This document shows, in pieces, positions 1 through 10,900 of a stretch of 64,000 nucleotides of DNA. A program made the position numbers and the translations under genes. The notes beneath the pieces were generated by a model. The model had not been told where the DNA came from. It worked only from the letters and a program-made list of their open reading frames with translations, and searched no databases. The first letter of the stretch is position 1; each line of letters opens with the position of its first letter. Source of the DNA: a virus (taxonomy: Duplodnaviria; Caudoviricetes); IMG/VR virus record IMGVR_UViG_3300031867_000013, positions 1 through 64,000 of that record; one strand, given 5' to 3'.

Positions 1-112
1 ATACACTGTCCGTTTTTGCCCTGTGCGTAAGTTGCAGTACTATTAGAAAAATCTAAACCACCTTTTATAGATGATGTTAATATATTGTCAAATGTATTAT
101 ACGATATTGGAA

Positions 113-922
113 TTAAGTCCCCCCCCCATCTGTTGTTTTCGTATATTTAATTGTTACTACTATTTGACCTATATAATCAGATTCAACCATACCACAGATT
201 GAATTGTATGTGCGAGAAATGAATATAGTAGCTACTGAAACATTACCGGATTTGTCAAAGAAGTTTATCGGTATAACCATATTATATGCCGATACAACAA
301 TAAATCCACTATCTATAAAACAAACGTCAGCATTACTAATAGTGTCTGCATCAATAAATATATTTGTATTATTACTAGAAGCACCACTTGGAATATTTCC
401 ATAATATGTTTTTTGATACAAAGGTTTACCATCTATCCAAGTACCAATCCTACGTTCTTCTGTACTATATTCTATTCCTTTTGCTTCTTCAAATACAGGA
501 TTATATGCACCTACTATTTCTTTTATATCATCTTCTGTAAGTTCTATAGGTACATATTCTTCTAAAGCATATAAACTAAATTCTTCTCCGCACACAAAAT
601 CATATAATGCCTTATATGTATTATTATCATATGATACTATGTCATCTATACTTATTTCAGTATCTTTTTCATATGGTATTATTGTTTCTCCACCTATAGG
701 AGTATATTCTTCTAATATTTGTGTTGTACTAAAAGTAGTATCACTTGTGAACCCTACTTTTGCGCGATATATTTGTCCTTCATAGATACATATATCTTTT
801 TCTATATATTCATGTGATGGTTGCCAATCTTCTAGTCCTGCGCCGCTACCACCGCCTGTACCTATTTTTCGTGCTATGCCATCTAATATTTCTTGCATAT
901 TTTGTTCATTAACATAATTCAT
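113..922 (-). CDS. Tail fibre/adhesin-like protein (CBM5/12-like repeats plus C-terminal YSTEE..IGTWIDGKPLYQKT..YTKTTD module)
   Basis: W/Y-rich carbohydrate-binding-like repeats; N- and C-terminal modules paralogous to 3004..4527; ends at a G9 tract. Confidence 0.6.
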   Translation of the reverse strand: MNYVNEQNMQEILDGIARKIGTGGGSGAGLEDWQPSHEYIEKDICIYEGQIYRAKVGFTSDTTFSTTQILEEYTPIGGETIIPYEKDTEISIDDIVSYDNNTYKALYDFVCGEEFSLYALEEYVPIELTEDDIKEIVGAYNPVFEEAKGIEYSTEERRIGTWIDGKPLYQKTYYGNIPSGASSNNTNIFIDADTISNADVCFIDSGFIVVSAYNMVIPINFFDKSGNVSVATIFISRTYNSICGMVESDYIGQIVVTIKYTKTTDGGGT

Positions 923-938
923 TTTGTGTCCCCCTTTC

Positions 939-1247
939 TTATTCTATTATTTCTTGTACTTCTTCTACTGTAAATCCTATTCTAAATATTTTTGCATTTT
1001 CATTTTCTTTTAGTTCATATTGTGCATATACAATTTCTTCATTTTCTCCCATACCTTCATTTACTACTACTTTATGTGTACTATCATTTATTCCTTCTTT
1101 GCCCGTTGGTAAATTTTCTACAAAGTACCAACCAAATCTATTATCTAATAGTTCTTGAAAGAAGGGTACATAATATTCTTTACTTGTATTTTCTTTTAGA
1201 TATAAATAATCTTGTTTACTATTTAATGTTTTTGGTAAACCCTTCAT
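939..1247 (-). CDS. Hypothetical protein (possible fibre chaperone)
   Basis: Start moved to MKGLPK after RBS AAGGAGG; lies between fibre genes. Confidence 0.55.
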   Translation of the reverse strand: MKGLPKTLNSKQDYLYLKENTSKEYYVPFFQELLDNRFGWYFVENLPTGKEGINDSTHKVVVNEGMGENEEIVYAQYELKENENAKIFRIGFTVEEVQEIIE

Positions 1248-1261
1248 TTTATATACCTCCT

Positions 1262-2989
1262 TTATACTATTGCCCTCGGCTCGGACGCACCCCGCGCACC
1301 GAAATCCGCATTGCCGCTGGACGCAGAGAAAATATTGCAAAGCGTGCAACGAGAGCCGCAAGTAGAAGAAGCGTCCCAACCGCCGCCCAATAACACCCGC
1401 CGCAACAAGCCCTTACACTTGCCGTATTTTTGAGAATCAGTCCCAGAATAGTATACAGACGATTCTTGCCACGAATACCCTGCGAGATCCTGATTTGTTG
1501 TGGAATTCCACGTGGCTCCTGGGTAAAATTCATGGCAATCAGCAGCCCACTGCCACAGCACGCCACAGCAATCTTCAAGGCCGTAATTACTGATCATTCG
1601 CAGATTGTTTGTGTCTTTGTGCCCGCCAGTAGTGTTTGGGTCTGCCGAACCATAAATGTTTGTCCGTTCGTTCGAGCCTTTCGCAAACACCATAAAATCA
1701 TCTCTTGAAGGTAATTGTTTCTTTACTAATCCAAAGTATTCTACAAATTTTTCTCCGTGGAAATTAGGTGTACTTGCCCCATCTGCAATTATTCCATTAT
1801 ATTCTGACACTAATTTTGCGCCATCATAACTTGCTAAGTATATATCTACCCATTTATTTACTTCGGGTATATATACCATTCCTTCATTTTCACTTGTTGC
1901 TCTATGTATTAAGTCCCACGGACTTTGAGGAAGTATATCTCCTGTTAGATAACCACTTAATGTATGTCCACTTATTGTGCCTACTGATAAACATAGACAA
2001 TGGAATCCTCCCATTTTGCGCGAATTATCTGCTGTATATCCTGTTGGAACAGTTGAATTTGCACTTAATATAAAATCGGGAGCATCATTTGATGTTGGTT
2101 CACAAGCATATATATAGAAATCTTTTCCTGCTCTTTGTGCCGCACTTGTATATGTACTATCGTCCCAATTATCTGCATTTTCTATATCTATTAGTTTTGT
2201 TCCTTCTAATACATATCCTCTGTTATTTATATTTATCCATGTTGGATATATTGTTATAGTAGTTTTATTTGTAGTATACAGTTGTTCACGCTCATAATGT
2301 GCAGGTGCTGTTGCTACAAATTTTCCTATTTCTACTGTTTCCCACATTGTTGTTGATTTTCTATATTTTATTTGTGGTATTAGTGTTATTGCTGGTGGTT
2401 GTACTGTATTTACTGAATCTGAATAGATTGAATTTGAATTAGAAGCCTTAAAATCTAATGGAGACACAAAGTACAAATGTCCTCCACTTTGTTGTTTCTG
2501 ATATGTAAAAGCATCATTATTTACTGAAAATTTACAATCTGAAAATACACCATTTGACATTGGGTCAGAAGCACCGCTTGGAGTAGTAGATGACCATTGT
2601 GCGCCACCAGCACCTTCTCCTTTTATATTAGGCAATCCTGCTTCTTTTTCTTCTACTGTATTTCCACCTTGTAATACTAAATCTATATAATTAGGTAATG
2701 TTAGTACATCTGTTGTACTATCATATTTGAATAAACTATTATCTGTTGTATCATTTGTTATTAAATTATTATCTTGCGCGAAAGATAAGAGGTCACTATA
2801 ATCATTAGAAGCATTTGCTAATGGAGTACCATCTAATTTTAAATAATCTCTCATTAGATACATTTGCCATGTTATATGACCTACTTGTGTGTCTCCATTC
2901 ATTATCCCTCTTGGTGTTTTCTTTGATATTTCTTTCATTATTGATATTAGATTATCTTTTTGTGAATAATGTTTTGACATTTTTATCAT
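1262..2989 (-). CDS. Tail fibre with collar-like N-terminus and Mtd-like (C-type lectin/FGE-fold) C-terminal domain
   Basis: Motifs GGFHCLC, WVDIYLAS, SNYGLEDCCGVLWQW and LLGGGW...CGSR...GARGASEP are typical of major tropism determinant-like proteins. Confidence 0.8.
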   Translation of the reverse strand: MIKMSKHYSQKDNLISIMKEISKKTPRGIMNGDTQVGHITWQMYLMRDYLKLDGTPLANASNDYSDLLSFAQDNNLITNDTTDNSLFKYDSTTDVLTLPNYIDLVLQGGNTVEEKEAGLPNIKGEGAGGAQWSSTTPSGASDPMSNGVFSDCKFSVNNDAFTYQKQQSGGHLYFVSPLDFKASNSNSIYSDSVNTVQPPAITLIPQIKYRKSTTMWETVEIGKFVATAPAHYEREQLYTTNKTTITIYPTWININNRGYVLEGTKLIDIENADNWDDSTYTSAAQRAGKDFYIYACEPTSNDAPDFILSANSTVPTGYTADNSRKMGGFHCLCLSVGTISGHTLSGYLTGDILPQSPWDLIHRATSENEGMVYIPEVNKWVDIYLASYDGAKLVSEYNGIIADGASTPNFHGEKFVEYFGLVKKQLPSRDDFMVFAKGSNERTNIYGSADPNTTGGHKDTNNLRMISNYGLEDCCGVLWQWAADCHEFYPGATWNSTTNQDLAGYSWQESSVYYSGTDSQKYGKCKGLLRRVLLGGGWDASSTCGSRCTLCNIFSASSGNADFGARGASEPRAIV

Positions 2990-3003
2990 ATCTCCTTTCT
3001 ATT

Positions 3004-4527
3004 TTAATCCGTTGTTTTAGTGTATTGTATAGTTATATAACATTGTTTATTAACATACCAACTTGCTGTTTTCATAGCTATAGCTTCTGAATCTCCAACA
3101 AAATATGTAGCAACATAATCAGTAGAGCTATAATAGAAATTAATATTAGCCCTAGCTTTATATTCATCAACCATTCCAAATAAATTAACTCTTGCATCTA
3201 TATTTAATGATGATATATCTAATATTGATGTAGCAGTATTTGCAGATGTTGGAGTCATTACATTGAATGTTTTTTGATACAAAGGCTTACCATCTATCCA
3301 TGTTCCTATTATTTGTTCTTCTGTACTATAATTATTTTCTGGTGTAGATAATACTGATGTATTATATTTTATACAATATAATACTGATGTATTTGTTGGT
3401 CTTGTAGTAACACCACAGGGTTCTGTATCATTTGAAGATAATGAACCAACAGAACCATATTTTATACTTTCACTTACTGAACGAGAATCTATATTATCAT
3501 ATGTATATTGCCAATCACTTAATGATGATTTTGTAAATAAATATGCCGTATTAGAATCTACTGAAATTCTTGGAACTATAGTACCGTCTTGATGCACACC
3601 AACACTATCACCACTACCTTGATTCGTGTGACTATTTGTACCTGTACCTCTTAAAAATTCGCCGCGCAAATCTGGGACAGCAAAAGTAGTAGTACCATCT
3701 CCACCAAAATAATTATAACTACCAAACTGTACTTTAATGTACTCTGCTAATTCTTTATAATCTACTATATTATAAATTGTTCCATCACAAGCTAGATAAT
3801 CTTTTGGGGCAGTTATACCCATATAAGCTATAATTGTTCCTATTGGACTATCATTATAGAATATTGGGTCTGTACCACTTCCACTTGGCGCAAAGTTTCT
3901 TATTAGATTCTTTACTTGTTGTTTTGTTAATGGATTAGGTACATATTCTTCTACTATTTGAAGTTCTTGCATTTCTGCTGTTACTTCAAATGTTGCGCCA
4001 CTTGTAAAATCATCTGTTACATTATAATATACTTTCTTTAGTGTAGTAACATCTGTATGTTCTATTATATCTCCTGCTGTATATGCTGTATTTGCTGTCC
4101 AAACAGAAGGAACTATATTATTTACTTTTGTTCTTGAATCTTCTGTTGCTCCCGAAGTAAAGGCAATTAATGTTTTATATATTTCTCCTTCATATACATA
4201 TATATCGTCTACTGCATAATTATGATTGGATTCCCAATCTTCTAATCCTGCTCCTGTGCCGCCACCACCTTCGGGAACACCTTTAATACTTAATACCTTC
4301 CATGTTACTGTACCGTCTGATAATGTATCTCCTACTGATACACCACTTAATGATAATGCTGTACTTGCTGTTGTTCCTGCTTGTGTACATTTTAAGTATA
4401 TTAAGCCTTTGTTTACTTTATCATCTACTGCGTATGCAGTTAAACGCTTTAATATATGTGCGTCACGAAGCATATTATCATTATAATCTCCTAACCTAGT
4501 TAGGTTTATCATTTCTTCTCCTGCCAT
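3004..4527 (-). CDS. Tail collar domain fibre protein
   Basis: PIGTIIAY..APKDYLACDG..FAVPDLRGEFLRG collar motif; start at MAGEEM after a purine-rich RBS. Confidence 0.8.
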   Translation of the reverse strand: MAGEEMINLTRLGDYNDNMLRDAHILKRLTAYAVDDKVNKGLIYLKCTQAGTTASTALSLSGVSVGDTLSDGTVTWKVLSIKGVPEGGGGTGAGLEDWESNHNYAVDDIYVYEGEIYKTLIAFTSGATEDSRTKVNNIVPSVWTANTAYTAGDIIEHTDVTTLKKVYYNVTDDFTSGATFEVTAEMQELQIVEEYVPNPLTKQQVKNLIRNFAPSGSGTDPIFYNDSPIGTIIAYMGITAPKDYLACDGTIYNIVDYKELAEYIKVQFGSYNYFGGDGTTTFAVPDLRGEFLRGTGTNSHTNQGSGDSVGVHQDGTIVPRISVDSNTAYLFTKSSLSDWQYTYDNIDSRSVSESIKYGSVGSLSSNDTEPCGVTTRPTNTSVLYCIKYNTSVLSTPENNYSTEEQIIGTWIDGKPLYQKTFNVMTPTSANTATSILDISSLNIDARVNLFGMVDEYKARANINFYYSSTDYVATYFVGDSEAIAMKTASWYVNKQCYITIQYTKTTD

Positions 4528-4544
4528 CTGTATTTCCCCTTTCC

Positions 4545-7500
4545 TTATATAAATAGAGCATCTATTTGTGCCTTTGTTGCTATCTTTCCACCTATTTGCT
4601 CCCACTTTGTAGGGTCAAATGTTGTATCAAAATTACATTCCTTACACCTATATACTGCTCCTTGATATTGTACTATTGCATTTTCTACATAAAATCCTTC
4701 TGACACCCATTGTGTACAGAATGTATTTAATTGTATTTCTTTTACATCTTTTTGACCTTTAACATAATAAAGTCTTTTATTAAGTTCACTATATACTAAT
4801 TCTTGTGGTAATAATACTTTTGTATCATCTACAGCAGATATTTGAATACCATTTTCAAATACCATTTTCTGTATGGTATCTGTATTATATACTGATATAC
4901 GTTTTATTGAACCCGCAGAATCTAATAACTTAAATGCCGAACAATTTGATTGTGTACCAAAACCTATTCTTGTATCGTGTTCTAACATAAATTTAATATT
5001 ATCATATTGTTCCTGTGTCATATCACTTGGCTTTGTTGCAGGAAGTGTATATGTTAATGTTACTGCATATGGGTCTGAATTTATCTCACTTGTCTTTGCT
5101 ACTATTCCTGTTGTAGATTTTTCTACTTGTAATTTAGCATAAGAATTTTCGTCCCAATCATGTGCAGTTAATGTTGTATTATTTGCTAATACTTTTGCTG
5201 TTGAGCCTACACCACTTAACCAAGATGTATATACATCATATGCTATTGCAAATCTCATACCATGTCCACCGTCTGTATCTCCTACTCTTATTACAGAAAG
5301 TGTATGATAATCTCCATTGGCATCTTGCATAAATCCTGCTATAAAAAACAAAGCATCATCATCACCGCATAAAGACGGGTCTATTGTTGCTAATATTCTA
5401 TTATCTATTGTATAATCTACTGTATAATCAGGTTCATACAATTCTTGTGATATAAATGCTGAAAAAGCATTATTATTTCTACTACATATAATTGCATCAT
5501 TAGTCACATCAAAACTATATGAATTTTTAGCCGCTACTTGTTCCGCATTAGTTTCATCGTTCCAATCTGTACCATTATCATTACAAGTATATGTTTTCCA
5601 ATCCCCAAATATTTCTTTATTCTTTAAGTCACGTACACCAAGTTTATTTATTTCTTCTATTTTTCCTGCCGCACGAAGCCATTTAGTAAGGTCATTTGCA
5701 ATAAGTTTCTTGTCTGTAGTTACTTTTACATTCATACCTTGTTCTATATCATAACCTTCAACTTCATGGTTTATATCCACACCAAAACCATCAAACTTAG
5801 TAAAATCAATTACCGCACTACTTACATGATTCGCATTACATTTATATAATATTCCATTATGTATAACAACTTGTCCTACTTTATACGTTATATTTGCCGC
5901 CCAAGTTGTTATACTATTATTATATAATATCCAATTTGCAGAATCAGAAGTAAAATCTGCACTTGCTGTATGTGCTGTTACACATCTATATACTAAATTA
6001 TTATATGATACAAGTGTATTTAATGGATAATAATTTCCTGTTGTCCAAATAGGTATATTACTATATACTATATCCCATTTAACTATATCACTTGCAAATG
6101 TAGCTCCTGCTGTATGTGTAGTATTTGTTCTGTATAATATTCCATTTACTAATACTACTGTATCTTTAGCATAAGATTTTCCTGTTACCCAATCTTTTAT
6201 TCCTGCTTCTCCACTTATTTCTAACCAATTTGAAATGTCGAAATTAAAGGTAGTAGAAGTATGTGTAATTAAACAAATATATAAATGGCCATCATTTAAT
6301 ACAACTGAATTTTGCTTATATACTACACCTGTTACCCACGGTTGTATATTTGCATATACTAAATCCCATTTTGTAGCATCAAATGTACTTATACTTGTAT
6401 GAAATGTATTACATCTATATAATGTACCACAATATTCTACTACTTGGTTTACATCATATTTAGTATTAGAAACCCAATTAGTTATATAAGGGTTACGTTG
6501 TCCTATACGTTCCCAACAATTATTACTATCATTTGTTATATTATCAAATATAGTTGAACTACTTGTACTTCCGCTTGTATGATTTTTTATACATCTAAAT
6601 GGTTCATTATTATATAATATTGTATCTCCAACTTTATATACAATATTTTTAGCCCATACTGTTAAACTTGCATATATTACATCAAAATTAGATATATCAT
6701 CTAAAAATGTTGCATTTCTTGTTATTCCACTTTCTGTTATTTCATTTGGAGATACGTGAGTTGTGTTACATTTATATAATCTATTTTCATATAATATTAT
6801 TTGTCCTTGATAATAGGATTTATTTCTATCCCATATTACTATATGATTATGATATAATATCCAATTAGATATATCTGTTTCAAAATTTGCACTTGAACTA
6901 TGACTTGTTAAACATTTATATATAATATTATTATATGCAACTAATGTTCCTGATACATAATATTGTGCTGTTTGCCAATCATGTATGTGTGCATCTACTA
7001 AATCCCAATTTGCTATATCTGTACTAAAACTATTGGAACTTCGATGTTTAGTATTACATCTATATAATATTCCATGTACTAATACTAATTGTCCATATTG
7101 ATATTTAGTATCTGCTTGCCAATCTTTTGCTCCCCCTGCACCACCTATGATTTCCCATTTATCTTCATCACCAACTACAGGAGGAATGGCACTTGAATCA
7201 CTTTCAAAATTAGCAACACTTTTATGTTCTTCAATACATTTATATATTATATCATCATATATAGCTGTATCATCTAAATAATAATATATATTTGGTTTCC
7301 AAAATCTAATAGAAGCATATATTTCTTGCCATTTATTTTCATCTAAATCAAATGTTGTGCTTGATTCATGGTCTATCTTTGCTCTATATAATGCATCACC
7401 ATACCTTACAGCATCTCCACGATGATAATATACACCGCCACCAAGCCAAATTCTTATAGTACCATTATCTGCGTCCACCTGTGTTAATGAACATACTTCC

Positions 7501-7820
7501 CACTTTGTTGTACCATCAGTAAATATACTACCTGTTACATTATTTTCTGGCATATTTGCTTCTACGTCACTTATACCATCTTGCAAACATCTTGCATATT
7601 GATGTGATTTTAGATTTGGGTATCTTACTACGTCATCCTTATAATATACTGTTGTCTCTTTCCATTCTGTCCAATGCATAGGACTTTGTAAATGTGCTAC
7701 CCCAACTAATTTATTATCTGCATCATCTATAAACCTATTAAATGCGGCATCTCCGAACTGCCACGTTTGTTGTATTCGTAATAAATCTAATTTAGGTGTA
7801 CTTACTCCACTTGGCATCAT
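4545..7820 (-). CDS. Large virion protein with many tandem CBM5/12 (ChtBD3-like) repeats
   Basis: More than 10 repeats of W..x..Y..G..V.Y....Y.C...H.S...F......W. Confidence 0.75.
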   Translation of the reverse strand: MMPSGVSTPKLDLLRIQQTWQFGDAAFNRFIDDADNKLVGVAHLQSPMHWTEWKETTVYYKDDVVRYPNLKSHQYARCLQDGISDVEANMPENNVTGSIFTDGTTKWEVCSLTQVDADNGTIRIWLGGGVYYHRGDAVRYGDALYRAKIDHESSTTFDLDENKWQEIYASIRFWKPNIYYYLDDTAIYDDIIYKCIEEHKSVANFESDSSAIPPVVGDEDKWEIIGGAGGAKDWQADTKYQYGQLVLVHGILYRCNTKHRSSNSFSTDIANWDLVDAHIHDWQTAQYYVSGTLVAYNNIIYKCLTSHSSSANFETDISNWILYHNHIVIWDRNKSYYQGQIILYENRLYKCNTTHVSPNEITESGITRNATFLDDISNFDVIYASLTVWAKNIVYKVGDTILYNNEPFRCIKNHTSGSTSSSTIFDNITNDSNNCWERIGQRNPYITNWVSNTKYDVNQVVEYCGTLYRCNTFHTSISTFDATKWDLVYANIQPWVTGVVYKQNSVVLNDGHLYICLITHTSTTFNFDISNWLEISGEAGIKDWVTGKSYAKDTVVLVNGILYRTNTTHTAGATFASDIVKWDIVYSNIPIWTTGNYYPLNTLVSYNNLVYRCVTAHTASADFTSDSANWILYNNSITTWAANITYKVGQVVIHNGILYKCNANHVSSAVIDFTKFDGFGVDINHEVEGYDIEQGMNVKVTTDKKLIANDLTKWLRAAGKIEEINKLGVRDLKNKEIFGDWKTYTCNDNGTDWNDETNAEQVAAKNSYSFDVTNDAIICSRNNNAFSAFISQELYEPDYTVDYTIDNRILATIDPSLCGDDDALFFIAGFMQDANGDYHTLSVIRVGDTDGGHGMRFAIAYDVYTSWLSGVGSTAKVLANNTTLTAHDWDENSYAKLQVEKSTTGIVAKTSEINSDPYAVTLTYTLPATKPSDMTQEQYDNIKFMLEHDTRIGFGTQSNCSAFKLLDSAGSIKRISVYNTDTIQKMVFENGIQISAVDDTKVLLPQELVYSELNKRLYYVKGQKDVKEIQLNTFCTQWVSEGFYVENAIVQYQGAVYRCKECNFDTTFDPTKWEQIGGKIATKAQIDALFI

Positions 7821-7912
7821 TATTCACTTCCTTTTTACCATTTCAATATTAGTATATTATACCACAAAATATAGAAAAAGTCAAGGCATATAAATACCTT
7901 GACTTCCTTTAA

Positions 7913-10900
7913 TTATACCATCATATATTTCTGCCAATTTGTTCCATTATACTGCCAATATTCACTATAATTATCCACTAATTGTGTAAAATCAGTTCTA
8001 AATATATAATATGGATTGATTGTAAACGGATAAAGTATAGCATTATTATCTTCATCTTTTCCAATGATTCTATAAGCCATATTTGACAACCTATATATAT
8101 TACCGTCTTGACATAAAATATCATTTACAGAAGAAGTACCTGTTACCTGTATTCCTTCTATTAATATTGGACACTCTGTATACAATAAAGCTATTTGTGG
8201 ACTTACAGTTGTTGCTGAAACTACTATTGTACTGCTTGTTGATAATACATAACTATCTGCTAATGTTTGCGCTTCTGCTTGGTCTGCTACTACACCTACA
8301 AATCTTGGAGTTCTCCAATCTATTGTTTTCATATAACTAGAATAAGAATATAATTCTTTCATACTATCATATGTCATTACTTCAATAGTTACTGTATTTT
8401 GATATTTTATTTTATCCCCCATTAATTCGCAAAAACTAGACCAAGTTAAGGAATCTTCTTCAACATTTTTTCGTACTTCAATATCATCAATAATTTCTGT
8501 ATAAGTAGCTAATGTTCTAAATTCTCCATCTATACCACTAGAAGAAGTTTTTATTACATTATATGTAGATTCGGCAACTTTAACATCAGTATCTCTATCA
8601 ACTTGACTTATTATTCCATAATTATTAAATTTATTTCTACCAATAAACTTAAATAACAAATCTCCACTAAAAATAGTAGATGTTGTATAATCATATTGAT
8701 AAATTGTATCTTCTCCAATATCTACTCCATATTGTAAATTTGCCATTACACTTAAACGCTCTGAACGTCTTGACGTAGTATATTCTTCTACTAAAGATAA
8801 ATCAAATGGCTGTGACAAAGTTCTTGTTTCTGTTCTTAATTCCAACTTCTCTGTTACAGGAGAATCATTTTCCATAGCTACAGCATTTCCTGTTCCCGCT
8901 ATATTTTGTCTATTTTCTACAAAAAATATTATTGATTCTGCTGTATGTTGCTCTGGTAATGTATCAAAAATTCCCCTTATTACACCTTTTACCCTATAAT
9001 GTCCATTTGGTAATTTTTCTATTGTCTCATAACTCATATATTCATTATCAATAAATAATAAATTCAATCCGCTTGTTGATGTATAAGTAGTTGGATAATT
9101 TATTATTTTTTCTATTTTTTGTTCAATTAAATCCTCACCATTATTACCTAATATACTAAATTCAAAACCTTCTGCATCCACATCAAAACCTTTAAGATAC
9201 CCATAAGTTAATCTTCCTACTGTACTCCACGCCATTGATTGAGATGTTTTCATATAATTACCATGTACCTGTCTCCAAACATCCCAATAAACATCATGCC
9301 CATTAGGTTGTGCCGCATATGCATAAATATAAGTATTCAAACTTCTAGAAATTTCATAAGGTTCTTCCTCATATATATATCTGCCTATATTAGTAGGTTG
9401 TTCCTCTGGGTCTGTCCATTGAGGGCTTTCTGGTGTATCAAAATCTAATTTATCAAATCCAAATACATCTTCTATACCAGTTATACTTATTTTACCATCT
9501 GTTAAATTAGCATAATCTATATCTGTTACTCTATATACCACTTGTTTTAAACCATATGGTTCCCAGCTTACTTTTATTGGGTCTCCTATTGTTACATCAT
9601 ACGCATATCTATTTGTAACTAAATTTATTGCACTTAATGGATAACCATTCGCTAACTGATTCATTTGTGCTAACCATTTAGCATTTGCTGTTGTTGTAAA
9701 ATAATCACCATCTACAGATTTAGAAGTATAAAATCCGGTTATCAATCTATTAGATATATCTGTAAAAGTAAACTGTCCTGTATCATATTTATTTGAAGCA
9801 TCTGTAAATGATACTTCTACCGCACTTGTTGTTTCACTCCAATCAAGTCTACTGAACTCACAACTTTCTGTATTAGATACATCAAATTTCTTAATATTAT
9901 TTACATCATAATCATTTCTAATAAGTTTAAATGTTAATTTACCTGTTTTCGGGTCATCATACTTAACACCATTAACATGATTTAATATTTTAGTTATATA
10001 ATCATTTGATTGCGCTGTTCTATTTATTAAACATGATACTCCTAACTTTTCTTGTTCACATACTACACCTAAATCAACTAAACTATTAACATCTATCTTG
10101 CTTTCTAGATAACCACAGCCCCAATAGGTATTTGTTAATATTTCATAGATTGCTTCTGATGGGTTTAAATCATCATCTAATCTACCTAAATGCCAAACCC
10201 CGTATTGACACATAGATTCTAATGTAGATAAAACCATACCAAAATTTTCTCTATTTGTTGGTGGATAATAATCATATGCGGCAACAGCTTTATTATATAA
10301 ATCATCTAATAAGGATTGTGGTGGAAAATCTCTTTCATATAATATCCAATTTTTATCGCTAAATGAATATGGACTTGTGTGGTCTTTTTTACACGTATAT
10401 ACTTGTCCAATATGTAATACAACATTACCACACACATAATTTGTATTTTCTTGCCACCCAACATAAGTTGCTTGTTCCAATTTATTCCAATTATCAATAT
10501 CATCTAAAAAAGAATCAGACGATGTATGACTAACAATACACGCAAATCTACTAGAATCATACATAACAATATCCCCAACAGAATAAACAACATTAGAAGC
10601 CCAATCATTAACCTCACTTATATATTCATCCCAAGAAGGAATTATTAAAAATTCATTAGCCTTATCTATATAATTATCATATGATACTTGTAAATCACTC
10701 ATTTTTTCATCCATATATGATTGAACAGATGGGTCTTGTGCACTAATAAAATTATTAATTTTAGTAAATTCTTCTCCTAGTTTTGTTATAAATTTTTCTA
10801 ATAATATTGTTATCCAATATTTTCCTATCCTTGCAGGATAATTTACTACTTCAAACCACATTTCGGGTATTGTAGCTTGTTTTCCTATATATGCCCCACC

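Noticed and set aside
1262-2989. Complete diversity-generating retroelement
   Set aside because: No reverse transcriptase, Avd or template repeat is visible in this window. Only the target-like fold is supported.
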